From NCBI GenBank assembly GCA_002189035.1, contig CM007991.1, positions 4,216,001 to 4,280,000 on the forward strand: 64,000 nucleotides of DNA. Direction: 5' to 3'. Both the position numbers and the translations under genes were made by a program. Every line of letters starts with the position of its first letter. Positions within the stretch are counted from its first letter, which is position 1. The notes below the pieces were generated by a model that was not told the origin of the DNA, did not search any database, and saw nothing but the letters and a program-made list of their open reading frames with translations. Origin of the DNA: Utricularia gibba. Lineage: Eukaryota > Plantae > Magnoliophyta. This document shows positions 11,713-22,648 of the stretch, one piece after another.

Positions 11713-13232
11713 TAATTTATTTGAATTTAATAAATTTCAAAGAAATTAATTTTTTTATATAGTATTTAATTAGTAGGTAAAATATTTTATCATAAAAGAA
11801 GCCGGAATGTAGATTTAAATAAACTTTTTTCATTATATTAAATAAAAATATCCTAATTGCGAATTTTTTATACGCACGAAGCATAATATACTTTATAATT
11901 ATTATATTAAACTCTTTCAATTTCATCCACCAAACACACTGATTGTTATAGCTTGGCTGGTATACATAATAGAAACAGCACATACGTAGGCGTGTAGTTT
12001 GATAACTAAAATCTGAAAAGAATCGCCTAAAATATGAAATTCCATCCATTTCATATATAAAACAAAATAATAAATGTGGGGGGGCAAACCCCACGCACGG
12101 ACAGCTTGGACTCGCTCACTGCCCCCCTGTCAGGCCAGTTGTCCATTTTCGAAACCAATCCCCTTCGGCCCATTAAGCTGTGCAGCGTGTCGACGGTCCA
12201 CTTTGATGACACAGGTAGACCCCCTCTCTCTCCCTCGTGTCGACGTGTCCGATAATTCACTACCAAATGCCCACATTACATTCATGAACGAAGACAGACG
12301 CATGTGGCAGATTAACCCTTAATCATGGGTATATGTACGGCCACTAATTTCAATCCAATTAATCTTGTCTTTTTTCAAAAAAATAAAAGAATATTGTTGT
12401 TTGGTTGGTGTCGTAATGGAATCTTATGAAGTGCGGATGCTTTAACAAAAAACGATAAAGTAGATTAGGTGGGGATGATGAGCAGACGCCCGGGCCCCAC
12501 TCTGGAGTGTGGACTATTTTTATTAATATTATTATCAATGAATATGGACAATAAAAGAAACAAGATATTACATTATTTATTTCCATCCTCAATGATAAAG
12601 TGTATATTTTAAGTAAGTACACGTGTTACGGCACACACACATGATACATGTTAGACGTGTACTTGACCTCATCTGTTGTGCCATTTTTATTATCACATGA
12701 AATTAAATGTCGGGACAATTTTAAGCGTGGGGTGTTCCCGTTCATATATTATTATGTTTTAAAGCGTGGGATTAGGTAGATCCATATAATATATGAATTT
12801 ATATATGAATATGAAGATAATTAACTCATAATATTTAATACAAAGGTAGTTTATGGAAAAAATTACAAGCAAAATACCTCAAGTTTAAATCAATATAAAA
12901 AATTTAATACTCAATTTTTAAAATTTCAAAACAAAACATTTCGAGTTATCAAAACTATACAACGAATAATCAATATTTTTTAAAAAATTGAATGGGCGTA
13001 AACCGACTATAATTTGAGACCTCATTTTAGAGCTTTTTACATTTGCATATAGAGTTTAATGAATCAAATGATAATTCTATTAAAGTTATATTACGTTTAT
13101 GTCTAATGATTTTTAGCGTTCAGTAAAGATAAAACTATTAGAGAAAAAGGAATAGAAATTAGGGATACTAATTATAATAATATATTGTTATAATGGTATT
13201 AGGATCAAAATTGATTAAATATATAATTTAAT

Positions 13233-13375
13233 CAATACTCAAAGGAAATGGAGATGGTGGACTGGGCCCACGTTCAAGAAACAATACTCAAAGGACGGGG
13301 GCCCACATGTCGGTCTAATGGTGACCCCGTCGGCCCGTGGGTTGATGGTGACGCGTGGGCCACTGCACCTGTCTC
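13233..13375. promoter_or_regulatory. Cluster of TCP sites and AuxRE motifs upstream of the NPH3 gene
   Basis: GGGCCCAC at 13264-13271, GGGGCCCAC at 13298-13306, GTGGGCC at 13355-13361, TGTCGG at 13308-13313 and TGTCTC at 13370-13375. CAATACTCAAAGGA is repeated at 13233 and 13282. Confidence 0.4.
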
Positions 13376-14606
13376 CTTCCAGCTTCAGCGCAAACAACTG
13401 GGATATTTAATACCATGACGCGCTCGACCTTACAGAGCAGGGTGATGCAATGCTTCAGTTTGATGTTACTTTCCCATACCGCCCCCCCGCCCCTTGTCCG
13501 TATCGCAGCGGAATTGGACTGGAGAAGACGACTCAAGGGTAGTGTAATTCATTCGATCCACAGTGATTGATACATGCCCTCCAAGGCGGGGGTTGGTGAG
13601 GTGATGGAAGTGCAGGCGGATGAATGGGAGAGGGGATCTAGCCAAAATCTGAACCCAATTATTGATAATGATGAAGCGACATATCCCCATCATTGATCAT
13701 TATTTTACTCTTGTTTTGTTTGTTCCTGCTTTTCACCACTCCGGCGACTTTGAGATGAAGCATCGCTTTCTCGCATTTCAGCACCCGTAACTGCTTCGTC
13801 TTCATTTGAGGGTGGTTTTGGTGGCGTTATGTAGTGGGAGAGATATGAAATGGATTTTGACTAAAATGAGCCGCTGGGGTCGGGATTGAGAAACATCAGT
13901 GGCCAAAGTGATAAATTTGTTGATGCAGATGATCCACGAAATGGGAACAGGTGGGCGCACCTCCAGCACGTGTCGTGGGCTTCTTCTGCGCCCCTTTCCC
14001 TGATTGCACGCTGTCGAGATAATAAGCGCGGCAAGCCGATTCGCAATCTCGAAAAACCAGAATGAATGAATTGATTGATTGCATTCGCAATGGCAATGGC
14101 AATGGCGGAGCTGTGTAGGAGAAGGTAAAGTCGGAAAGTCTGTTCTGGAATACAATACTAATATTATTATGGGTTTTGTGGGCTGGAATCCATTTGTCAA
14201 TTCATGAACAGAGTTTCGATGGGTTAGTTTAGTGTCTCATGGGTTTGATTTATCTCTGCTCCCCATCTCTGTTCTTCTGTATACTTGTTTTTCAGAGATT
14301 TATGGCTATTCTATTGCATGCCCATGTCAAAATTAGGTGCAAAGTTGGACCGAACTGAACGCGATTTTCACGGAGTGGTTGATTTTCTGGAATTTCGATC
14401 CAGTTCCGGTTCCTGGCAGAAATCTGGATTCACAATTTGCTGTTAACCTTCTCCTGCAAAGCAAATTCTGTCTTCTCTTCAGATATCCAAAGCTGGCTGT
14501 CGAGATTCTGCAGAAATCTTTATTTGCGGCTGGTGTTTGTATTCTGTAACAAGAATATTTTTCATCGTTTGTTTCTGAACTGCGAACTCGTCTTCTGGTG
14601 CTTAAT

Positions 14607-16708
14607 ATGAAGTTCATGAAACTTGGGTCTCGCCCTGATACTTTTTATACATCAGAATCCGTGAGGTACTACAGTTTGTTCCTTCACAAACTTGGTGAAT
14701 ATGAGGTTTCGAAAATTATTAAAGGCTTTTGTTTCGGATTTTCAGGTCCATCGCCTCTGAAGTTTCAAGTGATCTTATGATTCTAGTTAAAGGGACCAGA
14801 TATTTACTCCACAAGGTAAAACCAGTGACCCCTTTTTTTCACCGGGAAGGTGAAATTTTGAGGATGTTGTGTGATGTATATTTTGTGTAATGCAGTTCCC
14901 CCTGCTTTCCAAGTCCCTGCGTTTGCAAAAGTTGTGTGCAGAAACCCCTGAAACCTCAAAAGTGCCAAGAATTCAACTCCCTGACTTCCCTGGAGATGAT
15001 GATAGCGCATTTGAGCTTTGTGCTAAGTTCTGCTACGGCATCACAATCACACTCAGTGCACAGAATTTCGTTTTGGTTCGTAGTGCCGCAGAGTATCTGC
15101 AAATGACTGAAGAAGTTGACAGGGGAAACTTGATCTATAAGATGGAAGTATTCTTCACTTCTTGCATTCTTCACGGTTGGAAGGATTCTATTGTAACCTT
15201 ACAGACAACCAAGGCGCTGCCTGTGTGGTCCGAGGAATTGGGCATAACCGCTCGATGCATTGATGCTATTGCTTCTAAGGTATCCGCTCACCCTACCAGG
15301 GTGAGGTTATCACGCAGCCATTCATCAAGAGGAAGAGGCGATGATGAACTGTGTAATGGATCAGAGAACCATAGACATACTTCTAAAGGAGGCAAGGGAT
15401 GGTGGGCTGAAGATTTAGCAGAATTAGCTACAGATCTTTACTGGAGAACAATGGTGGTTATCAAATCCTCTGGGAAGGTTTCTTCTGATCTCATTGGCGA
15501 TGCATTGAGAGTCTACGCTTCTCGTTGGCTTTCGAATGCCACCAAATACTTGAATTCTTGCCAGGAAGCTAAATCTAGCCATGGCGTGGATTCACCAGAG
15601 AATGCAACCTCGAAGTATAGGCTGCTGCTGGAGTCGATTGTTAGCTTGCTCCCAGCTGAGAAAGGCCAAGTTGCGTGTAGTTTTCTGCTAAAGCTGCTGA
15701 AAGCAGCCAACTTGCTGAATGCTTCTTCTTCATCAAAAGCAGAAATTGCAGCCAGAATTGGACTTCAGTTGGATGAGGCTTCAGTCAGTGATCTGCTAAT
15801 CCCCCGTTTCATCTCACCTTCCCCAAGCAGCAACACGGTATATGATGTGGATGCTGTGTTGACGATGCTGAATCAGTTCATGTCACAAAGACAGAGCCCG
15901 CCATCCAGTCCCCGTGGAATCAAAAGCGAAATCAATCGAACGCGGTCTCGATCAGCGGAGGATGTAGATGTGATGCTTCAGGAGAGCAGAAGATCTTCCT
16001 CTGCATCACATGGCTCCAAGATCAAGGTGGCCAAGATCATCGATCGCTATCTCCAGAGAGTAGCCGTGGATAAGAATCTTGCACTCTCAAAGTTCTTAGC
16101 CATCGCGAATGCTATACCCGAATTCGCTAGACTCAACCACGATGATCTGTACAAGGCCATCGATATCTTCCTCAAGGTTGATCATCTCTTCTCACCTGAG
16201 ACACCCTCTTTTTGATTCAATAATGCTGATGGATTCTTACACGCAGGTGCACCCAGAACTCGACAAGAACGAAAAGAAGCGCCTCTGCCGCAATCTCGAC
16301 TGCAAGAAGCTGTCCATGGAGGCATGTATGCATGCCGCGCAAAACGAAATGCTCCCTCTTAGAGTGGTGGTCCAAGTCCTCTTCCTGGAGCAATCGCGAG
16401 CTGCAGTGGCTGGCACTCAAGTAACAGAGCTACCGAACAAGATCAAAGCTATTTTAGCCACCCAGGAGGCTCGGAACCATTCCAAAACCGCGGCTTCCGG
16501 CTGCGCCACCGGAAGCATCCGACAGGAGGACCAGCTGAGCACCGCCTCGAGCATCAGCCCCACCAAGTCGAATGTCTCGACGTTGAAGATGAAACTGGAA
16601 GAAGCAGAAGAAATGGATCTGGATGAACCGTTGAGTTTCAGTGCAGCTCCAACAAGGAGGCCTAAGGGAATGTTGAGAATGTTGTGGTCAATCAACAGGA
16701 AAAAATAA
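14607..16708 (+). CDS. NPH3/RPT2-like BTB/POZ protein (At1g67900/At3g26490-like)
   Basis: Four GT-AG exons: 14607-14665 ([15 protein letters not shown]), 14746-14815 (SSDL...YLLHK), 14896-16176 (FPLLSK...[11 protein letters not shown]...WWAEDL...[12 protein letters not shown]) and 16247-16708 ([46 protein letters not shown]). Phases are consistent. Confidence 0.93.
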
Positions 16709-18738
16709 TGAGAAGAACACAAAGAAACGTTCTCGGTCAATGAAGCTCCCCTTCATTTCTTTTACCTGACTAACTAAGTTATTTTTCCCTTTTGATCAAA
16801 GTACACACAAAAAGGGGGACTTGCATTTCTGCACTCTCCTAATGGGCCGGTCCATAAGCTATATAGGCCCGGCCCAATATTGATCAACGCTACACAAGTA
16901 TTTATTGGGCCCCTCAAGATCTTGGTCTACGAAATGAGCCAACCCTAATTCCAAGCCCGTGTTGCTTTTAGTGTATTTTCCGACTATCACTTTCCAACCC
17001 TTCAAAATAATAATAATAAAAAGGAGGCATGGGGACAAGTGGCGGTTACATCTTTTCAAACGATTTTCTGGTTATGCAGGTTCATGAAAATAAGAAATGC
17101 TTTTTATTTTTTGAATATAACTCACCAATAATAAAAATGGTTGGTGTTCAAAACATTGTCCGTACGTATGTATGGGGGTTGACTTTGATGGGGGTACAAT
17201 TAACCAGGAAGGATCCTTGCAGGCAAAGAGGGTAATTAGGAGCATTTAGTCGGGATTAAAGTGTCATTAATTGGATGCAACTGATGTTATTTTATGCACA
17301 TTGCTATGCCTCCCTATCCCCTGTTTGACATTTTTCACATGCCATGCCTATTGGGGTAACCAGCTCCACCACAAAGTCAAGCAAGCCATTTTGGTTGGGA
17401 ATCGGGATCATCTTCTTCCACCTCCAACAACACACCAGACGAGGCCAGCAATCCACATCTTCGGATGCATTCCCACCCGGCCAAATCGTCTCCCTTTTTG
17501 TCTAGTGGAAGCTACTAAAATCCCACAAGAGAAGAAGGAAACCCGCAATTATTGTTGGGTCCTGAGCATGAATAATTTGATTAGGGTTGTGTGTGTCCAT
17601 GTGCATCGCACCCTAACTATAAGCTCCTCCTGGTTTCAATATAATAAAAGGAAAATGAAACCCTAGTAACCTTGTAGTATTGTAAGACTTTGATATCTAA
17701 GTTGATATGTTTTATGTTTAATATATACATGATTTGTAAAAAATTTTACATAACCCATCTCGTCATGTTTTTCAAGAATGTTTTCTCATGTAAATCTTCC
17801 TAATCAAATGAATTTTATTTCCTTTTACATGTTCAGCATATATCATAATAAAACTCTCTATGTATTTGAATTAAAATACTAATAATTCAAATGTATTATT
17901 GATCAAATGGGAACATAATTGACTGGACATAGTTGCCATTTGGGTGTGTAGATGGTGGATGAAAGAATTTTGGGATGGGTGGTGGTAGGTCGGAAAACTC
18001 TCCCGGTTCTTCAACTTGTTGGCAGCTGCACCAGAAGGAAGGCGCCCTAGATGCATCCTACGCAACGCCTCCATAATTCTCACATGGGACGAGGGGCTGG
18101 CTTCCCATGTGACCAACGCATCATTCGAATAAATATCCCTCATAAACTCTACCCCCACGGCGCGCCTGCAAAGCCGCTGCTGGCGTTGCTTTTGTGGTGC
18201 GCCAGGTTCAGACAACCCGCACGTGTGTTCCTTTGTTTGTTTCATCGTGGGGGCTGTGCTGTGCTGGGGGTCGGATCGGAGGAGTCACTGTGTGTATGGG
18301 TAGTACGTGTTGGGTGAATACATTACTGCAATCTCCGATCATCATTAAAAACTATGGGGTTAATGAAGACAGCTATCTATATCGAGGTACAATTATTGAT
18401 CAATTACACCCTCCATTACATAAACTTGGTTTCGAGGTCAGCAGCTTCCTTCGTCGCATTAATGAAGGAAGGAGGCATCATCATCATCCATCCATCTCCC
18501 CAATACCTTACCTTCTTCAGGTTCCGGTCAAGCCGGAGAAGAGAGGGTTTTTCAAGAACCAGACACAACGCACAGGGTGGTTTATAAGGATAGATGTTGG
18601 GTGGACTCTTCTTATGGGCTAAAATCCCATTAGATTTTAACTTTAGTACGGATGTCGATCGATAAAAGGCAATAATTACTACAGAACATCCTCAAAAGGC
18701 TAAAGTTTTACTGTAGCATCTGGACTAGTGACAACTTT

Positions 18739-19728
18739 CTAGACGTTCTGTGCTTTGGCTGCAAGAAGATTGAGAGCTTCTTGGTAATGGAATATATCGC
18801 CCAAGAACCCGTTTGTCGTTGCGACAGGGACAACGTCGTCGTTGTCCGATGGTTGGTTGATGGCAACTAAACTTTCCAGGGTTTGAAACTGTGGATGTGA
18901 TGGAAATCTGTGATGGTGATCAATCGGTAACCCTAAAAAGACGTCCTTGCAACCTCTGCCCTCGATATTCCGGTCTTCCATCGCCGCATGCTGCCGCGGC
19001 GCGTCTGGTTTTAACTTGGCCTCTGTCCTGGGGGTTGGGAAGAATGGGTTGAGTACTTCTTGTAGCAGCCCCGAGCCTGATATTTCCGTTGGGAAAAAAC
19101 TCATCATCGTTTCCGTGTGATCCGCCACGGGATCGACGCCTTTGACGGACCCGGTAGGAAATTTGGCGGCGGCGATGGCGACGAAATCGTTCTGATGCGC
19201 GGGCATGATGTCCGGTAATTGCAGATTTACAGAAGAGGGAGCTTCCGGGAATTTCGAGGTAGGCGAGTTGAAGTAGTCGCGGAGGAAAAGCATGTCGAGG
19301 GAGGGAAAACTAGGGTTTCCGAGGGAAGGAGAAGAAGTGGCGCCGAGAAAGGACGGCTGAGATTGGTTCCGGTGCCCAAAGGGATGGATGAGACTTTCCT
19401 GAGGAGGATTAGGGTAGACGAAGTTAGTCCTCGCCTTGACGCCACGCATGGCACGTGCGGCGCAGTCGTAAGCGCAGGCGGCTTCCTCCGCCGTATCAAA
19501 GGTCCCGAGCCATCGTCGTTCTTTAGACTGGGGATCGCGTATCTCAGCCGCGTAGCGTCCCCACGGACGACGGCGCACCCCTCTGTATCGCATGGCTCCG
19601 ACTCCTGTACCGGTGGTCGTGTTGATGGGCCTCTTGGTGGCAGCACAGCGCTTAGGGACGGCGGTGGCCAGCGGCGGATAGGGATCGGCGGAGAGGGTAT
19701 CGTTGAGTCTCCTCAGGGCTTCTTCCAT
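18739..19728 (-). CDS. DORNROSCHEN/DRNL (ESR1/ESR2)-like AP2/ERF transcription factor, intronless
   Basis: The ATG at 19728 gives the MEEALRRLN start typical of eudicot DRN/DRNL orthologues. The AP2 domain reads [58 protein letters not shown] later motif [13 protein letters not shown] resembles the ESR motif. The ORF-track start at 19746 is TTG. Confidence 0.88.
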   Translation of the reverse strand: MEEALRRLNDTLSADPYPPLATAVPKRCAATKRPINTTTGTGVGAMRYRGVRRRPWGRYAAEIRDPQSKERRWLGTFDTAEEAACAYDCAARAMRGVKARTNFVYPNPPQESLIHPFGHRNQSQPSFLGATSSPSLGNPSFPSLDMLFLRDYFNSPTSKFPEAPSSVNLQLPDIMPAHQNDFVAIAAAKFPTGSVKGVDPVADHTETMMSFFPTEISGSGLLQEVLNPFFPTPRTEAKLKPDAPRQHAAMEDRNIEGRGCKDVFLGLPIDHHHRFPSHPQFQTLESLVAINQPSDNDDVVPVATTNGFLGDIFHYQEALNLLAAKAQNV

Positions 19729-19802
19729 GGACAGACAAACAAACAAATGATTGGGTGAAGCAGGTGCAGGATGATGCGATGATGAAACCCCTTCCTCGGG
19801 GA

Positions 19803-19811
19803 GTATTTATA
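19803..19811 (-). promoter_or_regulatory. TATA box of the DRN/DRNL-like gene
   Basis: The minus strand reads CTATAAATA, about 75 nt upstream of the ATG. Confidence 0.65.
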
Positions 19812-21812
19812 GTGGCGAAATTCTCCCCATCTGCGCACCGACACCCACCCACGTCCTTCTCCCCCCCTACCCAGGAATGACAACAACCCATCAAAATTTT
19901 ATAATTAAAATTCAATTCCAAGATTGAGATTTCAGACTAAGAATGTGATCAACGTGTTAATCCCTCCCATCATCCCCCAGCCAGCCTCTTTAGTATTTAC
20001 AGGATTAATCGAAAGCCCCCAGTTCAGTTCCACGGGAGAGCGTGCGCATGGTGTGCACTCATTTAAAGAAACCCGGAGTTGGAGTGGGTAACCCGACGGA
20101 GAAGAAGGCCCACGCCCACACCACAAGAGGGAAGAGGGGAGGGATTTAAGGTGTCGGGGGGCAGCGCGGGTTCCCAGAAACGCTTCTTCATCATTACACT
20201 GGCGGCGCTCAGATGTTGTCGCCGGCCTGTCCCGTTTTGAGTATCGGAACCGGACAGAACCCAGTCGAATCGGAATTCCTGCCTCCGCCCATCTCCATAC
20301 CACCCCACATTTGCAACCTCACTAACATCAACAGTTCGAATGATCCGACAGTTACCAATTCGGAAGTCGAACTTTTTTAAAAAACTAAACACAGTAACAT
20401 TTTATCTTATACACTAATACCAAAATTTATACAAAAAATGATTATTTTTCACATAGAGTAAGTTAATATGATTATAACAGTAGTATATTTACTTTTCAAA
20501 ATCATCCTCCCGAAAGCTACGCCATCATCCTCGCCCCGAGATTGACTTCTAGACTCATTAACTAATTAATCCCCTACACTAGACTCCTCAATTAGGCACC
20601 AGGCCCAACTCTCCACTCTCCTCCCTACAAAAAAACTCTCTTATGTGATATTGCACCCACAAAAATGGAATGGAATGGAAAAGTATCACAAAGGGATGTC
20701 ATTGAACATTAAAAGGAGCATTACCATTCTCAGCTATTTGGAATCAAAAAATAAATTGAATGTTAATCATGTGTACTTTATAAATAACAAATATATTTGT
20801 ATTAATTCATTAGAATTGTGTATTTATGTTAAAGAAAAGGGGGGAATATAGTTCAACCGAATTTGAGGTGTGACATTTAATAAAGGAGGGTCCCACTCTA
20901 ACGGGGGAGTTAATGAGCTAATAATGTAATTAAGGTCCTAATGATGACCCGCTACCCTCATTAAAGAGGCTGGGGGGCGACATCAGTTCCAAGTGGGCGT
21001 GCCCCTGCCCCTGCCGCCTGCATCCGAGGATGGGTCGACTTCCGATCGTCCACGTCAGGGGCGTCGTTGGGATGGGATGGAATGGAATGGATGGTTTGCG
21101 GATTCCTACACGACAAACAGACAAGTAACCGCTGCTGTAATTGGGAGTTTCGTTTGCATAAGCAGAGGTGGTGGGTGTTAAGACAGGAGGAGGAGTTAAG
21201 GTTAAGAAGACAAAACATCTGGCAGTGAATAGTAAGCATCTATCCCTCAGGAGGAAAGGCTGCGACCGCTTTAGGACCAGCTTTCGCACCCGTGCATGTC
21301 CATGGACATGGGCCATGGGCATGGGCCACCACCGCATTAAATCAATCACATTCCATGCCCTTTTGATCCTCTCTTTGGTTTTTCAACAGTCTCCGCTTCT
21401 TCTGCTACCTTGTAGTGATGACTGATGATGAGGATAACACCCATTTCATTTCATGACGCTGTCTGTGTTGGCAGATTATCTGGTTAGGATGTGAATATGG
21501 AAGAATGAGTCCAGGACATGGCGAAGGAAAACCCCAGTTTTGAGATGGGAGAGCACTGTAGTCTGTGGATGTCTTCAATTTCGTGATCACGCGCGATCGC
21601 CATCGGATCGGATCCGATCCACTTAACTGTCGTGACGCAGAAAGGCAGGCAGCAAAAGAACCTATGCTCTGTGTGTGCAGAGATAGAGATACTTGAATTG
21701 ATAAATCATGCTGCTGCGGGTACCGTCTTGTCGGGTTCGTGTCTTAGCCATTAACGTAACGTTGCTTTTTTGTAAGAAAAGAAAACCAAAACCAAGAGAG
21801 AAAAAAAAGAGC

Positions 21813-21830
21813 GAGAGAGAGAGAGAGAGA
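21813..21830. repeat. (GA)n microsatellite
   Basis: About 9 GA units, read directly. Confidence 0.9.
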
Positions 21831-22523
21831 GCCAGAAAACAAGACGCACGACTTGATGTTTGGCGCAGTGAAGATATGGAATCATTTAATTTGAGTTTTT
21901 CTGGAAATCAGACAAAGGGATCTGCAGCATCTTTGTCCCTAGACGACACAGACACCCACCCGTCGAGCTGAGCTGAGCCTCTGCTTTTTCTTCGCCCAGA
22001 TGGCGGCTGGCCCCTCCTCCTCCCCCTTCCCGTTGACTTTCCATCAACTTTTCACACATTTTCTTTTAAAACGCTATACTCCAAATTCATTTCGGAAGGA
22101 GAAAGAGATGGTTCGTCGGCGATGTGCATCTCCTTGTTGTAGAATATGGATACCAGCAGCTTGACCAGACTCTGTGCCGTTGGAGGTTTTCTGAGATCTG
22201 GAATCATGTTTCTTTCAAATAAGAAGTCAAATCGGTTTAGGTTTTTTCTCGTCGGGGGTTGAAGATGAGACAGACAGGCGTGGAGGAAGAGCATGTTACT
22301 TGTCGAGGCTTTTCTACACATTTGGCGCAGAGCAGAGAGAGTTATTATACCCCTACCCCCGTGCAGTCCTACTGCTGCCCCCTCTTCTCCAAACATCACG
22401 TTACTAACTCCCTCCCATCGTGTAATAAACAAATGAAGCACATGGGAGTACAGACAGACCAGACCCACTGGACATGTAGACCTACACACACAAAACTGTG
22501 CTTTGTCTTGCTGCTGGGCTTCT

Positions 22524-22543
22524 GCCCTGCCCTGCCCTGCCCT
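22524..22543. repeat. (GCCCT)n short tandem repeat
   Basis: Sequence tctgccctgccctgccctgccctttg, about 4 units. Confidence 0.8.
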
Positions 22544-22648
22544 TTGCATGTAAGTGGGTCAGTTCTCACGCAGATTATGGCCCGGACGTTCAGATGCAGA
22601 AACATGGTGTGATAGCCCCATCGATTGAAGAAATTGGAGGGATCATGC

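Noticed and set aside
13745-13825. Possible miRNA hairpin (GATGAAGCA / TGCTTCGTC)
   Set aside because: Only about 9 bp pair, the stem does not extend, and I recognised no conserved plant miRNA sequence here or elsewhere in the window.
19219-19758. 179-aa plus-strand ORF and 139-aa alternate-frame ORF over the AP2/ERF gene
   Set aside because: These are shadow ORFs expected in GC-rich coding DNA and have no recognisable motifs.
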